64,000 nt of DNA, taken from positions 1 through 64,000 of IMG/VR virus record IMGVR_UViG_3300036792_000218; one strand, 5' to 3'. The notes beneath the pieces are model-generated. The model was not told where the DNA came from and ran no database searches. It saw only the letters and a program-made list of their open reading frames with translations. The position numbers and the translations under genes are program-made. Shown piece after piece: positions 17,271-26,361 of this stretch (position 1 is its first letter; each line of letters begins with the position of its first letter). This DNA comes from a virus.

Positions 17271-17933
17271 GTGGCTGACTCGGTTGTTCCCCTTTGCAGC
17301 CCCTCGCAGTTCAAGGAGGGCGCGTTCTCTGACCTGGTCAAGGGCTACAGCGCGCAGGCCCTCGCCGACCTGCTGGCGGAGGGCACGCGGCTGTGCGAGG
17401 ACGCGACCGAACGGCGCCTCGCCCCGTTCACGATCACGGAGCTGATCAGGGCCGACGGGATCGACCCGGACGAGTACACCGACAGCGCGAACCTGCCGAT
17501 GGACATCCGGTCGACGCTCGGCGCGTCGTACGCGCAGGCGCTCGGCGCGTCGTCGCTGGTCCGCCACTGCTGGGTAAGCGAGTTCGCGCCCCGCTACCAG
17601 GACATGTGGGCCTACACCGAGGTGTCGGTCAGCATCATCCGGTCCTACGGCGGCAGCCAGGACGTGAGCCCGGCGCAGATCCTCAGCGGGCCCGAAGCGG
17701 ACTCCGGTCACCTGTGGTTCCAGCTCGGCATGTTCCTGCCGGTCGGCAGCCGCGTGCAGGTCACCTACTCGGGCGGGTACACCGTCGCGGTTCCCGCCTC
17801 CCTGGTGCGCGCCAACAAGTTCATGAGCGCGTACCTCGCCGTCAGGGAACTCAACCCGGACGACGTGCAGCACGACCCCGCCCAGCTCCACGCCGACGCC
17901 CTGATGTCCCTCGGCGGGTTCGGGAGGGACTAA
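17271..17933 (+). CDS. head-tail adaptor/connector
   Basis: Position after capsid; VQVTYSGGY...VPASL motif typical of adaptors. Confidence 0.75.
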   Translation: MADSVVPLCSPSQFKEGAFSDLVKGYSAQALADLLAEGTRLCEDATERRLAPFTITELIRADGIDPDEYTDSANLPMDIRSTLGASYAQALGASSLVRHCWVSEFAPRYQDMWAYTEVSVSIIRSYGGSQDVSPAQILSGPEADSGHLWFQLGMFLPVGSRVQVTYSGGYTVAVPASLVRANKFMSAYLAVRELNPDDVQHDPAQLHADALMSLGGFGRD

Positions 17934-18169
17934 TGGCACCAAGGTTCAAGGCGCACAAGGGCAGGCACCCGCGCGCCGAGTTCGAGGCGCACAAGAGCGC
18001 CGTGCACAAGCGGGTGTTCTCAGCGCACGCCAGGGCGCTCCCGGTCAAGAAACCCAAGGCCGTCAAGGTGAAGAAGCCGAAAAAGCCCAAGAAAATGAAC
18101 ATGACGAAGTACAGGACCGCGCTGAAGAAGCAGGTCACCGCGGCGCTTGAGGCCAGGCAGGGGCTTTAG
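17933..18169 (+). CDS. small Lys-rich basic protein (78 aa)
   Basis: TAATG coupling, GGGAGGG RBS, VKKPKAVKVKKPKKPKK. Confidence 0.65.
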   Translation: MAPRFKAHKGRHPRAEFEAHKSAVHKRVFSAHARALPVKKPKAVKVKKPKKPKKMNMTKYRTALKKQVTAALEARQGL

Positions 18170-18174
18170 CGGCG

Positions 18175-18420
18175 CTAGTCCTCGCCGTCGTAGAGGGCCG
18201 GGAACGACCTCCGGGCGACACCATCGGCGTACGCCACCGCCTCCGGGGACAGGGACGCCACGGCGTAGCGGATGCGCTCCTCCGGCGTCATCCCAGCGGT
18301 CTCCCGCTCGGCCCGCTCGATGCCGCTCGTCCAGATCGCGATCAGGTCGCGGCCCGCGTCCTCCATTGCGACCGACGGCGAGAAGCGGAGCCCGAGGCGG
18401 TGCAGCAGGCGACGGAACAT
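18175..18420 (-). CDS. hypothetical protein, counter-oriented, probably leaderless
   Basis: TAGGCT 6 nt upstream of the ATG. Confidence 0.6.
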   Translation of the reverse strand: MFRRLLHRLGLRFSPSVAMEDAGRDLIAIWTSGIERAERETAGMTPEERIRYAVASLSPEAVAYADGVARRSFPALYDGED

Positions 18421-18429
18421 GTCCGCAGC

Positions 18430-18975
18430 CTAGCGCGCGCTCCTCTCCCCCTCGATGACCTCGGCGGCGGCGGCAACGGCGCGGATGCGCGGGTCCGCGG
18501 CGATGATCCGGCCGAACTCGGCGAACGCCGCGGCAAGGGGCGCGATTGCCCTGGTGATCGTGTCGGCCATCGAGGCGAGGGCTGCGTGCGCCTCTTCGAT
18601 GGTGAGCAGCCTGCCGTCGTAGCGGATGTGCGTGACCGGCTGCCCGTCGGGGCAGAGCGGGCCGCCGTCATCGCTCATGGTCGCCTGCGGTTTCCCGTCG
18701 TGCCGGCAGGCGGTGCCGTCCGCGTGCAGCAGCGCCACGCCAGCAGGGGGCGGCGCGTCCCCGATCGAGACCCCTCCTGAGTGATCGCACAGCGTCCCGT
18801 CCTCGTGGACCTTCCTCGGGTGCCCTGGCTGCGAGTAGTCCTGCCCCGCGATCACCTGGCCGCCTCCGCAGTAGACGGCCTTCTTGGGCTCGGCAGGCTG
18901 GCCGGCGTCCATCGCCGGCCGCATCAAGGTCGCCGGGATCTGCTCCGGCCGGATCTCGCTCATCTCCCTGGTCAT
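18430..18975 (-). CDS. hypothetical protein, counter-oriented, probably leaderless
   Basis: ATG at 18975 with CATCCT 7 nt upstream; H.DGT.C.H occurs twice. Confidence 0.55.
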   Translation of the reverse strand: MTREMSEIRPEQIPATLMRPAMDAGQPAEPKKAVYCGGGQVIAGQDYSQPGHPRKVHEDGTLCDHSGGVSIGDAPPPAGVALLHADGTACRHDGKPQATMSDDGGPLCPDGQPVTHIRYDGRLLTIEEAHAALASMADTITRAIAPLAAAFAEFGRIIAADPRIRAVAAAAEVIEGERSAR

Positions 18976-19008
18976 GCCCGACAGGATGCCACGGGAAGGC
19001 GGTGACCT

Positions 19009-19515
19009 GTGCCGGACTACACCGGCCTTAGCTCGGTAGAGACCCGTGAGGCCGCGTGGCTCACGGCCAGCGGTGACGGGCTGCCCGCGCTGCTGACCGC
19101 CGCGGGCGGCCCGTGGGACGTCATCCAGGCGTTCTGGCCCCGCACCCCGGCCACCCAGAAAACCCAGCTCTACGTGACGTCGCTCGACGCCGACGACGTG
19201 CGGGCGGCGAACATCCGGATCAGGCCGCACTACCAGATCGTGCTCGAGTTCCACTGGCCGGTGCGGGCTACCACCCCAGGGATCGCCGAGACCGAGCAGC
19301 AGAACCTCAAGCAGGCCCTTGACCTGCTGATCCAGCGGGTACGCGGGCCGGTGGGCGACAAGACCCACGGCGGCGCGTTCCTGTCCGCCGGCGAGGACCC
19401 GAGGTTTCCGGGCGTGCACGTGTCGATCGAGCAGCCGTGGGTGACGATCCCCGCGTCCAAGGAGCTACGCGGGACCGTCACCTACTTCGCGGACGACTTC
19501 GAGCTCAACGGCTAG
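19009..19515 (+). CDS. putative tail terminator/completion protein
   Basis: Size and position upstream of the tail tube gene. Confidence 0.6.
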   Translation: MPDYTGLSSVETREAAWLTASGDGLPALLTAAGGPWDVIQAFWPRTPATQKTQLYVTSLDADDVRAANIRIRPHYQIVLEFHWPVRATTPGIAETEQQNLKQALDLLIQRVRGPVGDKTHGGAFLSAGEDPRFPGVHVSIEQPWVTIPASKELRGTVTYFADDFELNG

Positions 19516-20074
19516 AGCACGCCGGGCAGAACATCTCCATCAGCGCGCTTCCGTCCGGCTCCGTCGTGGTCCGCACGTCCCTCGGTGTCCCGCAGTCCTC
19601 GCAGGCACCGTAAAGCGTCAGCTTGCGTACCGCGTCCTCGTCCATGGCCCCCGCCTCAGATGCCGCAGGGAGCCCGGCAGGCGGCGAAACAGTACGCGCA
19701 GACCGTCGCGCCGTGGCCCGGAACTCCCCGACGGGCACACTAGCAGCCGTTTCACCCGGCCCGCTTGCCCGCTCAGCGGCGTAGCAGCGGGCCGCCGGCA
19801 GGTACGCGCCGATCCGGTAGGTGACCGGGCCGCCGTCCGCGTCGATGCTGAGCAGCGCCCCCGTGTAGCCGTGCGGGTCACCGTCGCCGGGCTGGCCGGC
19901 GTCGCGGATCTCCGCCCACGGTGACTCGCCCGCGTCGACCAGGGCGATCAGCGGCACCGTCACCAGGATCCGCGCCGCGGCGGCGGCGATCCGCAGTCTC
20001 GGCCCGTTCGGCGGGTCATCGGCGAACACCGTGAAAACCTCGCCGAACTCCCGGCCGGCCAGCTCACCCGTCAC
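19505..20074 (-). CDS. hypothetical protein, counter-oriented, C-terminal zinc ribbon (possible separate start at 19645)
   Basis: TACGGT 6 nt upstream of GTG 20074; CEDC...CPAC. Confidence 0.5.
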   Translation of the reverse strand: MTGELAGREFGEVFTVFADDPPNGPRLRIAAAAARILVTVPLIALVDAGESPWAEIRDAGQPGDGDPHGYTGALLSIDADGGPVTYRIGAYLPAARCYAAERASGPGETAASVPVGEFRATARRSARTVSPPAGLPAASEAGAMDEDAVRKLTLYGACEDCGTPRDVRTTTEPDGSALMEMFCPACSSR

Positions 20075-20110
20075 CCGCCCACCGTAGCCCGAACACCGGG
20101 AGGTCTCTGC

Positions 20111-20398
20111 ATGTCCATGTCCAGGTACCGCAACGACACCGGGGGCGTGCTGACGGTCAATGACCTGATGCGCCAGGTGGGGCCGAACGAGGAATTCGAC
20201 TATGACCCGGAGACTTACGGGGTGATCCCCGGCTGCGCCCTGGTCGACGCGCCGCAGACCGAAACCGGGGCGGGCCAGGGCGACGGTACCGGCGACGCCG
20301 GCGAGCAGGAAGACACCGCGGCCGCGGCGGCCGGCGGCGACGCACCGAGGACCCGCAGGCGCAAGGGCGCAGGCGACGAGGGCAAGGAGACCGCCTGA
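20111..20398 (+). CDS. hypothetical protein
   Basis: GGGAGG RBS; TGATG coupling to the tail tube gene. Confidence 0.65.
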   Translation: MSMSRYRNDTGGVLTVNDLMRQVGPNEEFDYDPETYGVIPGCALVDAPQTETGAGQGDGTGDAGEQEDTAAAAAGGDAPRTRRRKGAGDEGKETA

Positions 20399-21561
20399 TG
20401 ACTTACCTGTCCCGCCTCGCCAAGCTCGGCGTAGCGAAGGAAACCACCCCGAACACGTGGCTCGCCCCGACCGTCAGCGTGCCGTTCAGCACCGCGAAGT
20501 ACGTCAACATGATCGACCAGAACCGCGACGAGTCGGTGCGGGCGAACGACGCCGTGCTGCAGGGCATCGTGCAGGGCGTCGCGTACGCCACGTGGGAGAT
20601 CGAGAGCAACAGCTACGCGGACCTGATCGGGCACTGGCTGAGGGCCATGATCGGCCCCGACACGGTGACGCCGGGCGTGTCGACGACCCTCGCGGCGAAC
20701 TGCGCCGCCGGGGCGACGTCGATCTCGCTCACCGCGACCGTGCCGGCGAACAGCATCCTCCAGATCAGTGACGCGTCCGGCGCGAACCTGGAATGGGTGC
20801 AGGTCGGCACCGTCACCGGCACGGGCCCGTACACCGCGCCGGTCACCACCCCGGCGGCGGGCACGAAGTACGCGCACACCGCGGCGGGCGGCGCGGTGCT
20901 GTCCCAGTCGACGCACCTGTTCAAGCAGAACCGCAGCTTCGCCACGGTGTGGCCGACGTACAGCTTCACGACCGACGACGGCGCCTCACAGCTGGGCTGG
21001 CCCGGCTGCGTCATGAGCGAGCTGGCCCTCAAGATCGACCCGAAGGGCCTGGTCACGTGGGGGCCGAAGTTCACCGGCTTCCCGAGCATCACCGAGGCGA
21101 CGTTCGCCTACGCCGCCTCCGCCGTGCAGCCGGTCCAGGGCTGGGCGTGGACCTGCACGAACGCCGGGGCGGCCTCCACGCGCGGCCTGACCATGGACAT
21201 CACCATGAAGCGGGCCGTCGACGCGATCAACAGCTCCGACGGCACGCAGGGGCCGCGTGAGGTGTTCCCCGGCGCGATGGAGATCGACGGCACGTACAAG
21301 GCGATCTACGAGAACCTGACCGATTACAACCTGTACGCGAACGCGGTGCAGACCCCGACGGTCCACACCCTCACGCAGCCGGTCGCGACCGGGGGCGCGG
21401 TCATCGCGGTCACCATGAGCCAGTCCGGTTACACCACGGGCGCGGTCGACCTCGGCAGCACCTACGTTCAGTCCAGCTACGGCGTGAGCGGCATCGCGAA
21501 CACCACCGACTCCGGTATCACGCAGGTGACGCTGAAGAACTTCCAGTCCGCTTCCTACTAA
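20398..21561 (+). CDS. major tail tube protein
   Basis: LGVAKETTP N-terminal motif, size, position before chaperone and tape measure. Confidence 0.85.
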   Translation: MTYLSRLAKLGVAKETTPNTWLAPTVSVPFSTAKYVNMIDQNRDESVRANDAVLQGIVQGVAYATWEIESNSYADLIGHWLRAMIGPDTVTPGVSTTLAANCAAGATSISLTATVPANSILQISDASGANLEWVQVGTVTGTGPYTAPVTTPAAGTKYAHTAAGGAVLSQSTHLFKQNRSFATVWPTYSFTTDDGASQLGWPGCVMSELALKIDPKGLVTWGPKFTGFPSITEATFAYAASAVQPVQGWAWTCTNAGAASTRGLTMDITMKRAVDAINSSDGTQGPREVFPGAMEIDGTYKAIYENLTDYNLYANAVQTPTVHTLTQPVATGGAVIAVTMSQSGYTTGAVDLGSTYVQSSYGVSGIANTTDSGITQVTLKNFQSASY

Positions 21562-21590
21562 ATCCAGCACGTAAACGGGGGAAATGCACG

Positions 21591-22016
21591 ATGGGTTACC
21601 GCAACCCGGTCATCACGTTCCGGTTCGACGAGCTGGTCGAGGAAGGCGACTCCTGTCACGTCGTCATCCGCAACCCGCGCCTCATGCCGGGCGCCGAGAT
21701 CAAGTCAATGGCCGGCATATCCGACGCCGGCGACGACGAAGCTACCGGCACGACGATGGACCGCGTGTTCGAGATGATCGCCAAGCTCGTCATCGGCTGG
21801 CGGGTGTACGACCCGACCACGCCGCTCAAGGTGAACGAGCACACCGGGGAACTGATCAACGACGAGGAAACCGAGCCCCGGCTGCTGCCGCTGCCCGCCA
21901 CCCCCGAACTCGTGGCGACGCTCCCGCAGGAAATCGTCATGAAGCTCATGGACGAGGTGACCGGCGCGATAAACCCTCCAAAGAGCCAGGAGGGGACTAC
22001 TTCGACAACGTCCTAG
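21591..22016 (+). CDS. tail assembly chaperone (G form)
   Basis: Position after the tail tube gene; acidic; slippery site near the 3' end. Confidence 0.8.
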   Translation: MGYRNPVITFRFDELVEEGDSCHVVIRNPRLMPGAEIKSMAGISDAGDDEATGTTMDRVFEMIAKLVIGWRVYDPTTPLKVNEHTGELINDEETEPRLLPLPATPELVATLPQEIVMKLMDEVTGAINPPKSQEGTTSTTS

Positions 22017-22240
22017 CCACCGCCGAGAGCGTTTACGACGGCACGTGGGGAAGCGGGCCGGTGCCGGAGGAACTGGCGGACTACGAGCTGATGCGGGACA
22101 TGGGCTGGTCCTGGCCTGACCTTGAGGCCGCCCCGCCGTACGTCCGCCGGTACTGCATGGACCTGATGATCATCCGCCGCCGCGTCGAGGCCGAGCGGGC
22201 AGACCGGGGGGCGGACGGTGACCGGCAACGCCGCCCGTGA
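21591..22240 (+). CDS. tail assembly chaperone (GT form, -1 frameshift at AAACCCT 21971-21977)
   Basis: X XXY YYZ heptamer A AAC CCT in register; -1 frame continues into LMRDMGWSWPDLEAAPPYVRR. Confidence 0.8.
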
Positions 22241-22712
22241 AGTCGCGGACAACCTGCGGCGGCTACGCGCCCTCGCCGAGACCGAGGCACCACTGGCCGC
22301 GGTGCGGGCACTGTCGCAGGGCGGCGAAACAGCCGTCAAGGTGAAGCTCACCTCGAGCACGCACACGGAGGGCACCCCGACGCCGTCGGCGCCGGGGGAA
22401 CCGCCGTCACTCATCAGCGGTGCCCTCCGCCGGTCGCTGAAACGGTCCCCGGCTGTCGTCACCGCCCCCGGCTGCGCGACGTGCGTCCTGGGGTCCTCCC
22501 TGATTTACGCGCCGGTCCACGAGTTCGGGCCGGTCACCATCACCAGCCACGGCAGCTACCCGCTGCGGAACAAGAACACGGGGCAGGTGTTCGGCCACCA
22601 GGTCATCATCCCGAGGCGCCCGTACATGGCCCCGTCGATGGCCGAGTACGTGGCATCAGGCATGGCCACCAGGGTTGCCGCCGCCGCGTGGGCGGCGGCG
22701 CTCGGCCTCTGA
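22218..22712 (+). CDS. HK97 gp10-like tail completion protein
   Basis: SAPGEPPSLISGALRRS, YAPVHEFG, IPRRPYMAP motifs. Confidence 0.75.
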   Translation: MTGNAAREVADNLRRLRALAETEAPLAAVRALSQGGETAVKVKLTSSTHTEGTPTPSAPGEPPSLISGALRRSLKRSPAVVTAPGCATCVLGSSLIYAPVHEFGPVTITSHGSYPLRNKNTGQVFGHQVIIPRRPYMAPSMAEYVASGMATRVAAAAWAAALGL

Positions 22713-22739
22713 CGTCCCGCCACCGGGGGGTGACCGCCG

Positions 22740-25700
22740 GTGTCCGGAGAACTGCCCCCGGTTGTCCAGGAATTCGGGGTCAACGGTGCCGCGTACCTTG
22801 ACGGCGTCGACGCGATGGCCGCCGCGAGCGACCGGCTCGCGGAGTCGATCGACGCGGTCCTCGCGGGCGCTGACCGGATGTCGGCGGCGCTCGACGCTGC
22901 CGCGGGCGCTGATGACCGGCTTACGGCCGCACAGGATGCCCTGGCCGCGCAGGTTGAGCGGGTCGTCGCGTCCCTTGACGGCCTGGCCGGCGCCGCTGAC
23001 GAGGCGTCCGCGTCCGCTGCGGCCGGGTTCGGGCGGGCCTCGGTGGCGGCTGACGCGCTGAGAGTCCAGGTCGGTGACTCGGCGGCGGCGGCCAAGGCGG
23101 CGGCCGGGTCGTTCGGCGAGGCCGCCGGGGCGGCGGACGCGTTCGCGGCGGCGGCCGGCCGGGCCGGGGGCGCGGCTGACGTCGAGGCCGCGAGTGCGAG
23201 ACGGGGCGGTGCGGCGGCCGCCGGCATGGGCGGCGCCATGAAGACGGCGCTGCTCGGCACGGCGATCGCCCTCGGGTACGGCATCGACAAGGCCGCCGGC
23301 TTCCAGAGCAGCATTGAGCAGCTGCACACCCAGGCCGGGATCTCGCAGTCGAAGCTCGCCGGGCTGTCACAGGGGGTCCTGAAGCTCGCCGGGCAGGTCG
23401 GCGAGGGCCCGGACAGCCTGTCTGAGTCGCTGTACCACGTGGCGTCGAACCTGGCCAGCACGGGCGCGTCGGGTACGCAGATGCTCAACGCGGTCAAGGT
23501 CGCGGCGGAGGGCGCGCAAGTCGGTAACGCCAACCTGGTCGACGTCACGAACGCGCTGGGCGCGGCGATCGCCTCCGGTATCCCCGGCGTGCAGAACTAC
23601 TCGCAGGCCATGGGTTACATGAATGCCACGGTCGGCGCCGGCGACATGAAAATGCAGGATCTTGCCGATGCTTTCGGCACTGGTGTCCTGGCGAATATCA
23701 AAATGTACGGCGTCACATTGCAGGATGTTTCCGCCGCACTCGCTACTTATGGCGATAACAACATCCGGGGTGCGAAGGCGGGCACTGACCTGCGGATGGC
23801 CGTGCAGGCGCTCGTCGCCCCGGTGTCGACCGCGGCCCCGGCCCTGAAGTCGCTCGGGCTGAACACGAAGTCGTTCGCGGACGAGATGAAGACCGGCGGC
23901 CTCAACGGCGCCCTGCAACTGCTGGTCAGCCGGATGAAGTCCGCGGGGGTCACGGCCAAGGACCAGGGTGAGCTGATCACCGAGCTGTTCGGCAAGAAGG
24001 CCGGAGCCGGGATCGGTGTCCTCGTCGGTGAGTTCGACCGGTTCCAGGGCAAGTACGCGCAGGTCAAGAAGGGCGCCGACGACTTCGCGGGCGACTGGGC
24101 TGCCCGGCAGAAGACGATGTCCCAGCAGTGGGACAACCTGAAGTCCAGCGTGCAGGCGCTGGCGATCAGCTTCGGGTCCGTCCTGCTGCCCGCCGCGACG
24201 AAGATCGTCGGGGCGCTCGCCAAGGTCGGCCAGTTCCTTGAAGCGCACCCGGCTATCGCCGCTTTTGCCGGGGCGATCCTCGCTGTCGCGGTCGCGTTCA
24301 AGATCGCGGCCACCGCCGAGGCCCTGTTCAACGCGGTTTCCGACGCGAACCCGGTGACGCTCGCGGTGATCGCGGTTATTGCCCTGGCCGCGGGCCTGTA
24401 CCTGCTGTACACGCACTGCCGGACGGTGCGGGTCGCCCTGGCCGACATCGGCGCGTTCTTCGCCGGGACGTGGCACGCCGCGGTCCGCGCGGCGGGCGCG
24501 GTGACGCAGTGGTTCGTGACCGGGCCGCTCGCGTTCGTGAAGCAGCAGCTGGCCGTGTTCGCCCAGTTCTGGGCGGCGCACGGCGCGCAGGTCGAGCAGG
24601 TCGCGAAGGGCGTCTGGAACACGATCGCGGCGATCGTCACGACGGCGTGGCATGTCATCTACGACGGGGCGATCCGTCCGGGCCTCGCGACGCTGGAGGA
24701 GATCTGGCGGGTCGCGTGGGGCGTCATCAGCGACGCGGTGAAGTTCGCCTGGAACACCATAGCGGCGATAATTCGAGCGTCAATTCGAATTTGCGTCGAC
24801 GTGATCAGCCTGGCGCTCGACCTGATAACCGGAAAATGGGGTGCAGCCTGGGCGGACCTGCGCAAACTGGGATCGGATGCCCTAAACGGGTTTATCAACG
24901 TCCTGCGCACGTTCGCCTCCGGCGCCATTCACCTGCTGTGGGACGCCGGCGTCAACATCGTGCGCGGCCTGATCCAGGGCATCGAGTCGATGGCAGGCGC
25001 CGTCATGGGCGTCGTCTCGTCGCTCGCCCACGGGGCGGTCTCCGCGTTCAAGTCCGCGCTGTCGATCTTCAGCCCGTCCCGCGTGTTCTACAGCCTCGGG
25101 TCGATGATCACGACCGGCCTCGCGAACGGCATCAGCGAAACCGCGTCGCAGGCCGAGGCCGCCGCCAACACCCTCGCCGCGAAGGTCAACGCCGCCTACG
25201 CCCGCGGCCAGATCACCGCCGTCCAGCAAACCCAGCTGATCGACCAGATCGGGCAGCACCTCGCGTCCCGGTCCGACACGCTCGGCAAGACCATGCAGAA
25301 ACTCGGCCTGGAAATGGGCCGGCAGCTGATCAGCTCGATCGCGAACGCGTCCAGCGCGTCGACGGCGAAAACAGCGGTCGACAAGCTGAACACCTACATC
25401 CTGCAAGCCTGGTCCGCCGGCGACGTGTCGTTCAACGGGGCATCCCGGCTGCTCACCTGGGTTGCGGCTGACAACTCCAGGATCCAGGGCCTCGCCGCGA
25501 AGCGGCAAAGCATCGTCGCGACGATAAAGGCCGCGGACACCTACGCCGCGAGCGTCACCAGCAGCACCGAGTCGTGGGCGAGCCTGTCGAACGCCACGTC
25601 CGTCGCCGGGGGCAGCAGCGGCGCGGACATCGGCGCGGGGATGCAAATGCAGCTCGCGCAGATCAAGACGTTCGCGACCGACATCAAGGCCCTGGCCAAG

Positions 25701-26348
25701 CGGGGACTGTCCAAGGCGCTGCTCGACCAGATCATCCAGGCCGGGCCCGCGAGCGGGCTGCCGATCGCCGAGGCGCTGATGGACGACAGCACCTCGCAGA
25801 TCAGCTCGCTCAACGCGTCCGAGTCCGCGATCACCTCCTACAGCACCAGCCTCGGGCAGACCGCGGCGAACGCGATGTACGACAGCGGAGCGCAGGCGGG
25901 CAAGGGGTTCCTGAGCGGGCTCCAGGCGCAGGAGAAGGCCATCACGGCGCAGATGGACAAGATCGCCGCGAGCATGGTCGCCACCCTCAAGAAGGACCTG
26001 AAGATCAGCAGCCCGTCGCGGGTCATGGCCGACACAGGCAAGGACACCGCCGCGGGGCTGGTGCAAGGCCTCGCCGGGGGCCAGAGCGGGGTGCAGGCGG
26101 CCGCGCACGGGCTCGCGCAGGCCATCACCGCCGGGGTGAACGGCGGCAGCGCCGCGGGGCTCCGCGTCAGCGCGGGCGCGGCGGCCGGCAGCGCGGCGGC
26201 GGGCAACACGACCGTGCAGATCACCGTGAACGGCTACATCGGCAGCGAGCAGGAGCTGGCCACGGAGCTTTTCACCCTCCTGCAGCACGCCAGCCTCCAG
26301 AACAACCGCAGGAATCCGACGAACGGCCTTGCGCTGGTGACCGTCTGA
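22740..26348 (+). CDS. tape measure protein
   Basis: 1202 aa, Ala-rich; TP901-type core (GAKAGTDLR, LFGKKAG), Trp-periodic repeats, IFSPSRV and ISSPSRV. Confidence 0.95.
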   Translation: MSGELPPVVQEFGVNGAAYLDGVDAMAAASDRLAESIDAVLAGADRMSAALDAAAGADDRLTAAQDALAAQVERVVASLDGLAGAADEASASAAAGFGRASVAADALRVQVGDSAAAAKAAAGSFGEAAGAADAFAAAAGRAGGAADVEAASARRGGAAAAGMGGAMKTALLGTAIALGYGIDKAAGFQSSIEQLHTQAGISQSKLAGLSQGVLKLAGQVGEGPDSLSESLYHVASNLASTGASGTQMLNAVKVAAEGAQVGNANLVDVTNALGAAIASGIPGVQNYSQAMGYMNATVGAGDMKMQDLADAFGTGVLANIKMYGVTLQDVSAALATYGDNNIRGAKAGTDLRMAVQALVAPVSTAAPALKSLGLNTKSFADEMKTGGLNGALQLLVSRMKSAGVTAKDQGELITELFGKKAGAGIGVLVGEFDRFQGKYAQVKKGADDFAGDWAARQKTMSQQWDNLKSSVQALAISFGSVLLPAATKIVGALAKVGQFLEAHPAIAAFAGAILAVAVAFKIAATAEALFNAVSDANPVTLAVIAVIALAAGLYLLYTHCRTVRVALADIGAFFAGTWHAAVRAAGAVTQWFVTGPLAFVKQQLAVFAQFWAAHGAQVEQVAKGVWNTIAAIVTTAWHVIYDGAIRPGLATLEEIWRVAWGVISDAVKFAWNTIAAIIRASIRICVDVISLALDLITGKWGAAWADLRKLGSDALNGFINVLRTFASGAIHLLWDAGVNIVRGLIQGIESMAGAVMGVVSSLAHGAVSAFKSALSIFSPSRVFYSLGSMITTGLANGISETASQAEAAANTLAAKVNAAYARGQITAVQQTQLIDQIGQHLASRSDTLGKTMQKLGLEMGRQLISSIANASSASTAKTAVDKLNTYILQAWSAGDVSFNGASRLLTWVAADNSRIQGLAAKRQSIVATIKAADTYAASVTSSTESWASLSNATSVAGGSSGADIGAGMQMQLAQIKTFATDIKALAKRGLSKALLDQIIQAGPASGLPIAEALMDDSTSQISSLNASESAITSYSTSLGQTAANAMYDSGAQAGKGFLSGLQAQEKAITAQMDKIAASMVATLKKDLKISSPSRVMADTGKDTAAGLVQGLAGGQSGVQAAAHGLAQAITAGVNGGSAAGLRVSAGAAAGSAAAGNTTVQITVNGYIGSEQELATELFTLLQHASLQNNRRNPTNGLALVTV

Positions 26349-26361
26349 CCGGGGGTGCCGC

